64,000 nt of DNA from assembly GCA_903844645.1 (NCBI GenBank), contig CAIMUP010000006.1, positions 2,055-66,054 of the forward strand. Reading direction: 5' to 3'. Below the pieces are notes generated by a model. That model made no database searches. It saw only the letters and a list, made by a program, of their open reading frames with translations, and was not told the DNA's origin. Origin of the DNA: an uncultured Bacteroidota bacterium (GTDB taxonomy: Bacteria; Bacteroidota; Bacteroidia; AKYH767-A; JABDAW01). This document shows, in pieces, positions 1-8,661 of this stretch; the stretch's first letter is position 1; each line of letters starts with the position of its first letter. Made by a program: the position numbers and the translations under genes.

Positions 1-2
1 AA

Positions 3-626
3 GTCTGTGTTTCTGATGCAGGAGGCTGTCATCTTTGCGATTCAGTAACCATAGGCACAGGCAATTGTTCGGCGCATTTTGATCTCTATCCCGACACTAA
101 TATTCTACATCATTACTTCGCTGTGAACATGGCATCGGGCGTGCCTCCATTGACTTATGATTGGAATTGGGGAGATAACAGCACACATGATTTCACGCCC
201 TATCCGAGCCATCAATATGCCAATGCTGGAGCATACAATATCTGCCTGTCTATCACGGATTCGGTAGGGTGTACGAATACTTTTTGTTGTAATTATTATC
301 TGATGCGATTGAAGAATACGATTGTCTCCATCAATGTCGTGCATCCGAATTTCACAACGGGAATTATTGAGAATCCGATGTTGAATTATTGCACGATTGT
401 GCCGAATCCTTTCCATGATAAAACGACGATTATCATTCAAGGAAATACTACGAAAGAGACAGCCTTAATTATTTATGATTTGTTTGGGAGAGAGGTGAAG
501 AGCACGGTTGTTGGAACGAATAAACAATTCACGATTGATGCAGGAGATTTGCAACAGGGGATGTATTTCTATAAACTCGTGGACAATAGTGGGGCTTTGG
601 CAACGGGGAAATTGGTCATTCAATAA
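3..626 (+). CDS. T9SS type A sorting domain protein with PKD-like domain (5' truncated by window edge)
   Basis: Frame open from base 3 (VCVSDAGGCHLCDSV...). PKD motif YDWNWGD..PSHQYANAGAYNICL and a T9SS CTD (PNPF...IYDLFGREV...GMYFYKL...KLVIQ). Confidence 0.85.
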   Translation, partial: VCVSDAGGCHLCDSVTIGTGNCSAHFDLYPDTNILHHYFAVNMASGVPPLTYDWNWGDNSTHDFTPYPSHQYANAGAYNICLSITDSVGCTNTFCCNYYLMRLKNTIVSINVVHPNFTTGIIENPMLNYCTIVPNPFHDKTTIIIQGNTTKETALIIYDLFGREVKSTVVGTNKQFTIDAGDLQQGMYFYKLVDNSGALATGKLVIQ

Positions 627-642
627 TTTAGATTTTCTTTTC

Positions 643-650
643 TAATTTTG
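643..650 (+). promoter_or_regulatory. Bacteroidota -7 promoter element (TAnnTTTG) for pdhA
   Basis: TAATTTTG 18 nt upstream of the ATG at 669. Confidence 0.7.
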
Positions 651-668
651 CCGCTCAAAAGAAAAGAA

Positions 669-1664
669 ATGGCTAAGACAAAATTTACAAAAGAAAATTA
701 CCTGCATTGGTACGAAAGCATGCTGCTAATGCGACGTTTTGAGGAGAAGGCAGGGCAATTATATGGCATGCAAAAGATCAAAGGCTTCTGTCATTTATAC
801 ATCGGGCAAGAGGCTGTGGTGGCAGGAGCAATGTCAGTCCTTCGTCCCGAAGATGCAATGATTACGGCTTATCGCGATCATGCACATGCTATCGCAAAAG
901 GCATTCCGGCAAAGGAAGTGATGGCTGAATTGTATGGCAAAGAAACTGGTTGCTCCAAGGGCAAGGGTGGTTCTATGCACATGTTCTCGAAGGAGCATCG
1001 GTTCTTTGGTGGGCATGGGATTGTAGGTGGGCAAATACCTCTTGGAGCAGGGATTGCTTTTGCAGAGAAATATCGTGGTTCGGATTTGGTTTGTGTGTGT
1101 TACATGGGTGATGGAGCGGTGCGCCAGGGAGCATTCCATGAGGCATTAAATATGGCGATGACTTGGAAGTTGCCTGTGATTTTTATCTGTGAAAACAATG
1201 GCTACGCAATGGGAACCTCTGTAGAACGAACCAGCAATGTTGCAGAGCTTTGGAAGTTAGGTTTGGCGTATGAGATGCCCTCTAAGCCTGTGGATGGAAT
1301 GTCTGTCGAAGAGGTTCATTATGCTATGGAAGAAGCTGTGGAACGAGCAAGGAAAGGTAATGGACCAACTTATCTGGAGATAAAGACTTATCGCTATAAA
1401 GGGCATTCCATGTCTGATCCGGCGAAGTATCGTAGCAAAGATGAAGTGGAACATTACAAAGCTTTAGACCCTATTGAAAGTGTATTGAATACTATTATCA
1501 AAAAGAAATACGCTACGAATGAGGAGTTGGAAGCAATCAATAACAGGGTGAAGGATATTGTTGAAGAAGCGGTGAAGTTTGCAGAAGAATCATCCTATCC
1601 GGATCCAAATGAATTGTACAAGGATGTTTATATGCAGGAAGATTATCCATACATACAAGAATAA
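669..1664 (+). CDS. pdhA: Pyruvate dehydrogenase E1 alpha subunit
   Basis: GFCHLYIGQEA, TPP motif GDGA..QGAFHEALN, YRYKGHSMSDP. ATG 669 preferred over TTG 648, which overlaps the promoter. Confidence 0.97.
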   Translation: MAKTKFTKENYLHWYESMLLMRRFEEKAGQLYGMQKIKGFCHLYIGQEAVVAGAMSVLRPEDAMITAYRDHAHAIAKGIPAKEVMAELYGKETGCSKGKGGSMHMFSKEHRFFGGHGIVGGQIPLGAGIAFAEKYRGSDLVCVCYMGDGAVRQGAFHEALNMAMTWKLPVIFICENNGYAMGTSVERTSNVAELWKLGLAYEMPSKPVDGMSVEEVHYAMEEAVERARKGNGPTYLEIKTYRYKGHSMSDPAKYRSKDEVEHYKALDPIESVLNTIIKKKYATNEELEAINNRVKDIVEEAVKFAEESSYPDPNELYKDVYMQEDYPYIQE

Positions 1665-1673
1665 TTATAAAAT

Positions 1674-2990
1674 ATGGCAGAAGTAATAAGAATGCCCAAG
1701 ATGTCTGACACGATGACAGAGGGCGTTATCTCGAAGTGGTATAAAAAGGTAGGGGACAAAGTAAAGAACGGTGAAGTCCTTGCCGATGTAGAAACAGATA
1801 AAGCAACGATGGAATTGGAATCCTATTCCGAAGGGACCTTGTTGCATATCGGAATCAAGGAAGGACAGGCAGTTCCGGTGGATGGAGTGATTGCCGTTAT
1901 CGGGAAGGAGGGAGAGGATTATAAAGCATTATTGAATGATGCCACTCCTAAAACCGAAGCCAAGAAAGAAGAGCCAGCAAAAGAAGCTGATAAACCAAAA
2001 GAAGAAGCAGCTCCAGCAAAGGAAGAGAAAAAAGATGATAGTAAGGATGCTAAGAAACATGCTGTTGCTGAAGAAAAGAAACCAGTTGAAGTAAAGAAAG
2101 AGCCAGTTGAATCAACCTCTGATGACAGGAAGAAAGCCTCTCCTCTTGCGATTTCATTAGCCAAAGAAAAAGGAATTGATTTGAATAAAGTCATTGGCAC
2201 TGGCGAAGGTGGACGTGTTGTAAAACGTGATATTGACTGGTATAAACCATTCATTGCACCGGCAGGAATGCTTACTCATCATGATAAAGTTGATAAGGAA
2301 AGCTATGACGAAGTTCCAATCTCTCAAATGAGAAAAACGATTGCGAAGCGATTAAGTGAAAGCAAATTCACCGCGCCGCATTTCTATTTGACGATGGAAA
2401 TTAACATGGACAATGCAATGGTAGCGAGAGAGAGCATTAATGCTGTTGCGAATACCAAAATTTCATTCAACGACCTTGTTATTAAAGCCTCGGCAGCGGC
2501 TTTGAGACAGCATCCTAAGGTAAATTCATCGTGGTTGGGGGATAAGATTCGCCATAACCATCATATTCATATCGGGGTGGCGATTGCTGTTGAAGAAGGC
2601 TTGTTGGTTCCTGTTGTTCGCTTCGCGGATAACAAGACATTAACCGAGATAGCAGCCGAAGTAAAGGTATTTGCACAGAAGGCGAAGGATAAAAAACTAC
2701 AACCGACGGATTGGGAAGGCAATACCTTCACCATTTCTAACCTCGGCATGTTTGGCATTGACGAATTCACGGCTATTATCAACACTCCCGATGCTTGTAT
2801 ATTGGCGGTCGGGGCTATTAAGCAGGTGCCGGTGGTGAAAGATGGCATTATCGTTCCTGGGAATGTGATGAAGGTTACCCTTTCATGCGATCACCGCGTG
2901 GTGGATGGTGCTACCGGATCTTCTTTCTTGAAGACGCTGAAATATTTCCTCGAGAACCCTGTTATTCTATTGGGGCAGGCGGCTATTTAA
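1674..2990 (+). CDS. pdhC: Pyruvate dehydrogenase E2 dihydrolipoamide acetyltransferase (one lipoyl domain)
   Basis: Lipoyl motif ETDKATME, E3-binding ASPLA..GTGEGGRV, catalytic DHRVVDG. Confidence 0.95.
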   Translation: MAEVIRMPKMSDTMTEGVISKWYKKVGDKVKNGEVLADVETDKATMELESYSEGTLLHIGIKEGQAVPVDGVIAVIGKEGEDYKALLNDATPKTEAKKEEPAKEADKPKEEAAPAKEEKKDDSKDAKKHAVAEEKKPVEVKKEPVESTSDDRKKASPLAISLAKEKGIDLNKVIGTGEGGRVVKRDIDWYKPFIAPAGMLTHHDKVDKESYDEVPISQMRKTIAKRLSESKFTAPHFYLTMEINMDNAMVARESINAVANTKISFNDLVIKASAAALRQHPKVNSSWLGDKIRHNHHIHIGVAIAVEEGLLVPVVRFADNKTLTEIAAEVKVFAQKAKDKKLQPTDWEGNTFTISNLGMFGIDEFTAIINTPDACILAVGAIKQVPVVKDGIIVPGNVMKVTLSCDHRVVDGATGSSFLKTLKYFLENPVILLGQAAI

Positions 2991-3026
2991 TAGCTTCTGC
3001 GTGGATAGGTTCACCCTATTATTCTT

Positions 3027-3722
3027 ATGATCAAGATTCTCATCGTAGTTGCTACCGAAGGCGAGGTAAAGTTGATTACAGAACACCTGGAGGTTATCAA
3101 TATCACCAATAAGTTCTTGAAACAATACCGATTCCAACAGGTGGAGATAGATATTCTGATCACTGGCGTGGGGATGGTGGCTACTGCCTATCATTTAGGT
3201 AAGCAATTGGCGCATTCTTTCTATACGATGACCTATAATATAGGCGTTTGCGGCAGCTTTATAAAGGATATTCCGCTCGGGACGGTGCTGCACGTTTCTT
3301 CTGATGCCTTCCCCGAAACAGGAGCAGAGGATGGCGTCGAGTTTCTATCTATTTTCGATATGAAATTAATAGGCAAGGATCAATTCCCATTCAAAAACGG
3401 CGAATTATTCTCCTATCATCCGCCGCAATTGCATGCTTTGAATAAAATAAAACAGGTGCGGGGAATCACAGTGAATACAGTCCACGGAAAGGAGGACAGT
3501 ATCCAACAAATCATTAACCGAAACCATCCCGAAGTAGAGACGATGGAGGGGGCTGCCTTCCTTTATTCATGCCTGATGGAGCAATTGCCGTGTGCACAAA
3601 TCAGAGCCGTGTCGAACTATGTGGAAAGGCGCAATAAAGACAGTTGGAAATTGGAATTAGCCATCGAAAACCTGTGCCACGTATTCATGGACATCCTTTC
3701 TGAAATCGCTTCGAGCAATTAA
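3027..3722 (+). CDS. mqnB: Futalosine hydrolase (PNP/UDP phosphorylase fold)
   Basis: ITGVGMVATAY, GITVNTVHG, ETMEGAAF, IRAVSNYVERRN..W motifs. Confidence 0.85.
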   Translation: MIKILIVVATEGEVKLITEHLEVINITNKFLKQYRFQQVEIDILITGVGMVATAYHLGKQLAHSFYTMTYNIGVCGSFIKDIPLGTVLHVSSDAFPETGAEDGVEFLSIFDMKLIGKDQFPFKNGELFSYHPPQLHALNKIKQVRGITVNTVHGKEDSIQQIINRNHPEVETMEGAAFLYSCLMEQLPCAQIRAVSNYVERRNKDSWKLELAIENLCHVFMDILSEIASSN

Positions 3723-4400
3723 ATACTTTTATTCGCGATAGCTTTTATCGTATTCATCGTCGTATTGTTGCACCGCAAGGGCGGATGCAATCATACCACG
3801 ATGAAATTAGTATTAAGGATGGAATAAAACATGATGATGGCGAAGTTTTTCATCAAAAAGGGCAAACAAGGTATCAGAATCCCGACCAAAGCGATGCTTC
3901 TGAAAGGTTTTTCAATGGAGATGGCACCCATTACTATGGTATAAAAAATCAAAACCATAGTTATTGTTACTAAAAGGTATCTTATTGTTACTAAAAGGTA
4001 TCTTTTTGTTACTAAAACGTAAGTTATTGTTGCTATAAGGTAAGTTATTGTTGTTATAAGGTAAGTTATTGTTGCTATAAGGTAAGTTATTGTTGCTATA
4101 AGGTAAGTTATTGTTGCTATAAGGTAAGTTATTGTTGTTATAAGGTAAGTTATTGTTACTAAAAGGTATCTTATTGTTACTAAAAGATACGTTTGAGTTT
4201 TTTTGGCATATGTTTAAGCTACTATTTGTATCCCAATCACTTCAGCCACCATCGAAAAACCTTCCAGAAGCATTGCCTCGGTCGTGATTGTTAATCCTTG
4301 TTTGCCCTGTTTGATACTTTTTTCATCATCTTATTATGATTGCATCCGCTTTGGCGGTGCAACAATAATAGGATGATGGGTATTCTTATGAATAAGGTAT
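3722..4400. mobile_element. MITE-like palindromic element: long imperfect inverted arms enclosing a 21-bp tandem array
   Basis: 3763-3795 is the near-perfect reverse complement of 4335-4367, and ~3852-3925 pairs with ~4245-4315. Both ends abut TTAA overlapping the convergent stop codons. Mobility itself is inferred. Confidence 0.6.
3960..4190. repeat. 21-bp tandem array, 11 units
   Basis: Consensus GTTATTGTTGCTATAAGGTAA in the centre and CTTATTGTTACTAAAAGGTAT at the edges. Confidence 0.95.
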
Positions 4401-5299
4401 TAAGGCTGCTTCCGAACCTTCTCTAAAGGGGCACTGACGAGGTAAACGCCTGCGAAAATGAGCATAGATGCCGCGATTTGTACCATCGTAATGCGCTCAT
4501 GGTTCATCGAAAGCGAGAAAATGGTGGCGATAATCGGTTGGAGGTAGATATAAATGCTGACTATCTCGGGGCTGACTTCTTTGAGTGCTATAATATTGAA
4601 TAAATAGGCGATGAAGGTGCTGCCCACGACTACGAAGGCTACGCCGAGCCATATATTCGGGGTGAATGTGCTCCATTGTACGTCCATTAATTCGTCATAA
4701 CCGAAAAAAAGAACTACCGGCAGCCCGAAAATGAATACCCATTTGATAACTGTTAAGGGATGATATTTCAGCATCAATGGTTTGACCAACACAAGATAAA
4801 CGGCATAGAAAAAAGAGTTTAGAAAGATCCAAACATCGCCTGCGATGGCGTGCTTTCCGTCATCAGCATGCTTGGAAAATAAGATAAGAATCACGGCTCC
4901 TGATGCTCCGGCAAGGATACCGCCTACTTTCCACTTCGTAATGCGTTCTTTGATCAGCAAAGCAGCTACGAGTAATACAATCATGGGGTTGGTGGTGATG
5001 ATCAGGGATGCGTTGATGGCTCCTGTTAAGTTTAATCCTTTGAAAAATAATAACTGGTTCACGGCAATGCCTATCACTCCGCAGAAAATCAACATCGGGA
5101 AGTCTTTCCTATCTATTTTCTCGGTCTTAAAGAATGGGCTGATGAGGAAAAACAAGGTCGTCGCGCCCAACACGCGTAGTAATATGAAGCCCATCGGATG
5201 AATATAATCCTTCATCAACGATTTGGCGATGGTATAGTTCGCCCCGTAGATAAAATTGACGATGAGCAGGAAGATATGTGCTCGGAATTTTTTATTCAT
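4400..5299 (-). CDS. DMT/EamA family transporter
   Basis: About ten hydrophobic helices forming two EamA repeats (NQLLFFKGL..T...ASLI...NP; YIYLQPIIA). Confidence 0.9.
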   Translation of the reverse strand: MNKKFRAHIFLLIVNFIYGANYTIAKSLMKDYIHPMGFILLRVLGATTLFFLISPFFKTEKIDRKDFPMLIFCGVIGIAVNQLLFFKGLNLTGAINASLIITTNPMIVLLVAALLIKERITKWKVGGILAGASGAVILILFSKHADDGKHAIAGDVWIFLNSFFYAVYLVLVKPLMLKYHPLTVIKWVFIFGLPVVLFFGYDELMDVQWSTFTPNIWLGVAFVVVGSTFIAYLFNIIALKEVSPEIVSIYIYLQPIIATIFSLSMNHERITMVQIAASMLIFAGVYLVSAPLEKVRKQP

Positions 5300-5320
5300 C
5301 AAGACTTTTTCAGGGAAAGG

Positions 5321-5677
5321 TTATAGGTTTTGGAGGGCTTGCTGTGTTTCCTCAAAGGTCTTGGGTGCATTGCCGATGAATATCTGTTTCCCGATGATGA
5401 TCACCGGTCTCTTCAGAAAGGTATAGTCCTCAAGGATGTATTTTTTGTAATCCTTTTCCTGGAGATTCTTTTTCCCCAGCTCCATCGTCCTATACTTCAT
5501 CGCGTTTCGACTGAATAAATTCTCGAAACTGCCTGCAAGGTTCTGCATTTCGTCTAACTGTTGGGGCGTTATCTTTTCTTTTTTAATATCTTGTAAGATA
5601 AAATCCTGCGGCAACCGCAAGTCATCCATAATTCTCTTACACGTGCTGCATGTCGAGAGGTAATATATTTTCTTCAT
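5321..5677 (-). CDS. ArsC/Spx/MgsR family protein
   Basis: MKKIYYLSTCSTCKRI (CxxC) and FLKRPVII. TACTTTTG promoter at 5682-5689 lies just upstream. Confidence 0.88.
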   Translation of the reverse strand: MKKIYYLSTCSTCKRIMDDLRLPQDFILQDIKKEKITPQQLDEMQNLAGSFENLFSRNAMKYRTMELGKKNLQEKDYKKYILEDYTFLKRPVIIIGKQIFIGNAPKTFEETQQALQNL

Positions 5678-5745
5678 GCTGCAAAAGTAGGGAAATAACC
5701 GTAGAGGATTCCTGGCAACACCATCTTTCTCTCTAATACTAATGA

Positions 5746-5783
5746 CAAAGGGGACTATCATCATAAGATGATAGTCCCCTTTG
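5746..5783 (-). terminator. Hairpin / probable intrinsic terminator after amt
   Basis: CAAAGGGGACTATCATC-ATAA-GATGATAGTCCCCTTTG, perfect 17-bp stem. Confidence 0.7.
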
Positions 5784-5834
5784 AATAGGATTTAAAGGCT
5801 AATGTTATAGGAGCATCAATTTGTTTATACTAAC

Positions 5835-7076
5835 TTAAAGAACTCCTTCGTCGTAGGCACTCTCGCCATGTAATGCTTCGTCCAAGCCTTTATCTTCTTC
5901 ATGATCGGCTACTCTTACAGGCGTAATTTTATTAATCACCGCCAGCATAATATAAGTAAAGATAAAGGCATAAACGGCTGCTCCGGCAGTGGCAGCTACT
6001 TGTTTGATGAAGAAGTTGGTGCCGCCATGAATCAAGCCGTCTGCGCCGTCAGGGTTAATGCCTTTGGCAGCGAATATCCCCAGACAAATCGTTCCGAGAA
6101 CGCCGCCTACGCCGTGCACTCCCCAAACATCGAGCGCATCATCCCATCCTCTGCGGTTCTTGAAATCAACCGCGATATAACATACAATTCCCGATGCGAT
6201 GCCTATTAAAGCAGCATACGGTAAAGAGATATATCCGGCAGCAGGTGTAACAGTGGCAAGCCCTGCTACGGCACCTGTCAGTAAGCCTACAAACTTTGGT
6301 TTCTTCTGTAAACTCCATTCTATTATCAACCAAGTAATCGCTGCGAAGGATGCGGCTACATCGGTGTTTAAAAACGCTAATCCGGTAATGGCATTCACAT
6401 TCAAGGCACTGCCTGCATTAAAGCCATACCAGCCAAACCAAAGCAAGCCGGTACCTAATGCAATCAGCGGAATGGAGTTTGGTTTATGGACAGGGTTTCT
6501 TCGTTTGCCGACATAGATAACGGAGGCAAGGGCAGCGAATCCGGCAGTGGCATGAACAACAATTCCACCAGCAAAATCGAGTACACCATGAGCCGCCAAT
6601 ATCCCTCCACCCCAGATCATGTGGACGAATGGATAGTAAACCAAAAGTTGCCACAGCATCAGGAAAATCAGATAACCTTTGAAGGTTACGCGGTTCATGA
6701 AGGCTCCTGTAATAAGGGCTGGCGTGATGATGGCGAACATCATCTGATAAGCCATAAAAACAAATTCAGGCAGCTTGGCATTACCTGAATAGGGAGTGTT
6801 CAAAGTAACACCGTTCATAAAGACTTTGTTGCAGTTACCGATGATGCCAAAGAGCCAATCGGAATGCGTTGCTACATCGCCACTGAAGCAAAGCGAGTAG
6901 CCGCAGATGAACCACATAATGGTCGTGATTCCCATGGAAACAAAGCTCTGCATCATGATGCCGAGAATGTTTTGTTTGCCGGCAAGACCTCCGTAAAAGA
7001 AGGCGAGTCCGGGTGTCATTAACATGACAAGGCTTGTTGCTAAGAGCATAAAGCCGGTAATACCTGTGTCGAACAT
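5835..7076 (-). CDS. amtB: Ammonium transporter (Amt family)
   Basis: LMTPGLAFFYGG, DFAGGIVVH, LLWFGWYGFNAGS, DDALDVWGVHG. Confidence 0.95.
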   Translation of the reverse strand: MFDTGITGFMLLATSLVMLMTPGLAFFYGGLAGKQNILGIMMQSFVSMGITTIMWFICGYSLCFSGDVATHSDWLFGIIGNCNKVFMNGVTLNTPYSGNAKLPEFVFMAYQMMFAIITPALITGAFMNRVTFKGYLIFLMLWQLLVYYPFVHMIWGGGILAAHGVLDFAGGIVVHATAGFAALASVIYVGKRRNPVHKPNSIPLIALGTGLLWFGWYGFNAGSALNVNAITGLAFLNTDVAASFAAITWLIIEWSLQKKPKFVGLLTGAVAGLATVTPAAGYISLPYAALIGIASGIVCYIAVDFKNRRGWDDALDVWGVHGVGGVLGTICLGIFAAKGINPDGADGLIHGGTNFFIKQVAATAGAAVYAFIFTYIMLAVINKITPVRVADHEEDKGLDEALHGESAYDEGVL

Positions 7077-7118
7077 AATTTTTAGTTTTAGGGTTTAAGT
7101 TTGTTTAAGAATATTTGT

Positions 7119-8216
7119 TTAGAAAGAGATTCCGAGGTTCAATAATACTTCGTGACGGTTGTGTTGAGGCTTGTTATTCCATTGAAATATTTCTTGGTTT
7201 TTATCCATTATTAATTCTCTTGCCTCGAGGCGAATGTAGGCGTTGTCAATGGGTTTTAGCTCCAGTCCGTAAGTGATTCCATAGAGTTTTAAGCCTGTCA
7301 ATTCATTGTTTTTATCCGTAATGATGCCTGCCATAAAACCATTAGGGTCGTTGAATAATTCAAACCGCATATAGTCGGCAAATTTATGGGTAGTCTGGAA
7401 TTTAAAACTCAAGACCCCGCTAAGGCAATCAACAGTTTTATTCTGCTTGATGATGTTTGAGTTTTGTTGCAGAATATAATCCACCCCTACCTGCATCTTC
7501 AGCTTCCCTACCTGATAATTAGCGAAGATATTCTGGAAGATTCTATTGTGAGAAATCGTATCCGCGCCAAGCGGCGTATCATCCCCAATGTAGTTCGTAT
7601 AGCCTATGTTGGCATTATCATTAAAGGCATAAGTCAGGTTTAATCCGAGAGACTTTTTGTCGTTATTGTCTTCATAAATATTATATCCATTCAAGAAATA
7701 TAAATCAATCGAAAGCTTCGAGGAGGGATGATAATCCAACCGGAATCCACTCTCATAATACGGCTCAAAATAAGTCGACACCGACACCGAAGACGTGAAG
7801 TTTTCTTTCGGCAATAATCCCTCTGCACCGGTATGGGTACGGAAAAATCCGGCATCCAACCAGAGCTTGGAACAAAGCCGTACCCCTGCATGGGCTTCCA
7901 TGATTCCATTAAAAGTAGAGGACCATGCGCTGCGAGGAATATCACCATAATGAGCGGTAACGATGCCCCGAAATTTATCGCCATCGTACTGCGCCGTAAT
8001 CATCGCATGATTCAAGCCGAAGGAGTTGCTGCGAGCATCAACGGAAGGAAATTTTTGATAGTTGCCAATGCCGACAGAATCGGTATAGTAGGCATAATAT
8101 GCATCTACATAACCGCTAACTTTGATGGTTGCAGAATCCTTGTTTTCGGCATCAACAATTGCAGAGAAAAGGAGGGAGAAAAGGAGAATTAAAGAAAAAA
8201 GTAATGGTCGCTTCAT
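7119..8216 (-). CDS. Outer membrane beta-barrel porin (BBP2/OmpL-like)
   Basis: Signal peptide MKRPLLFSL, then SGYVDAYY, LDAGFFRTHTGAE, PYYESG and C-terminal F. TATTTTTG promoter at 8243-8250. Lies directly upstream of amt on the same strand. Confidence 0.8.
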   Translation of the reverse strand: MKRPLLFSLILLFSLLFSAIVDAENKDSATIKVSGYVDAYYAYYTDSVGIGNYQKFPSVDARSNSFGLNHAMITAQYDGDKFRGIVTAHYGDIPRSAWSSTFNGIMEAHAGVRLCSKLWLDAGFFRTHTGAEGLLPKENFTSSVSVSTYFEPYYESGFRLDYHPSSKLSIDLYFLNGYNIYEDNNDKKSLGLNLTYAFNDNANIGYTNYIGDDTPLGADTISHNRIFQNIFANYQVGKLKMQVGVDYILQQNSNIIKQNKTVDCLSGVLSFKFQTTHKFADYMRFELFNDPNGFMAGIITDKNNELTGLKLYGITYGLELKPIDNAYIRLEARELIMDKNQEIFQWNNKPQHNRHEVLLNLGISF

Positions 8217-8417
8217 ACGGTAGTTTTTGTTTTTTATCGTGGCAAAAATAGAAATTAAAATATCAATAGCCAAAGAATCGGGAATAATAGTTGAGGATTG
8301 GAGAATTATTTTGCCCTTGGTCGGCGACTTCGGAGGAGAGTCGGAATCGAGATTTATCCCTAAAAACCCTCCAAAATGCCCCATTTTCCCAAAAACGACA
8401 TGCTTTTACGTTGTGGC

Positions 8418-8660
8418 TCCATCCGCGCGGATGGAACCCATCTGGAGCATCCGACATCTCCCAGCCACGCGGATGGAACCCATCTGGAGGAAGGAATGCC
8501 TCCCAGCCGTGCGGATGGAAGCCATCTGAAGGAAGGAATGCCTCCCAGCCACGCGGATGGAAGCCATCTAAAGGAAGGAATGCCTCCCAGCCCTGTGGAT
8601 GGAAGTTGTCGGAAGGAAGGAATACCTTCCAGCCACGCGGATGGGAGCTATCGAATGCTC
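8418..8660. repeat. 42-bp (2x21) tandem array, ~5.8 units
   Basis: Unit CCCAGCCACGCGGATGGAAGCCATCTGAAGGAAGGAATGCCT starting at 8418, 8460, 8502, 8544, 8586 and 8628; abuts the nuoL stop. Confidence 0.92.
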
Positions 8661-8661
8661 C

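Noticed and set aside
669..2990. pdhB missing between pdhA and pdhC
   Set aside because: pdhA-pdhC adjacency with pdhB elsewhere is normal in Bacteroidota
3785..3973. 62-aa ORF in the mqnB-EamA gap
   Set aside because: Lies in the left arm of the palindromic element and is not evidently preserved in the mirrored arm
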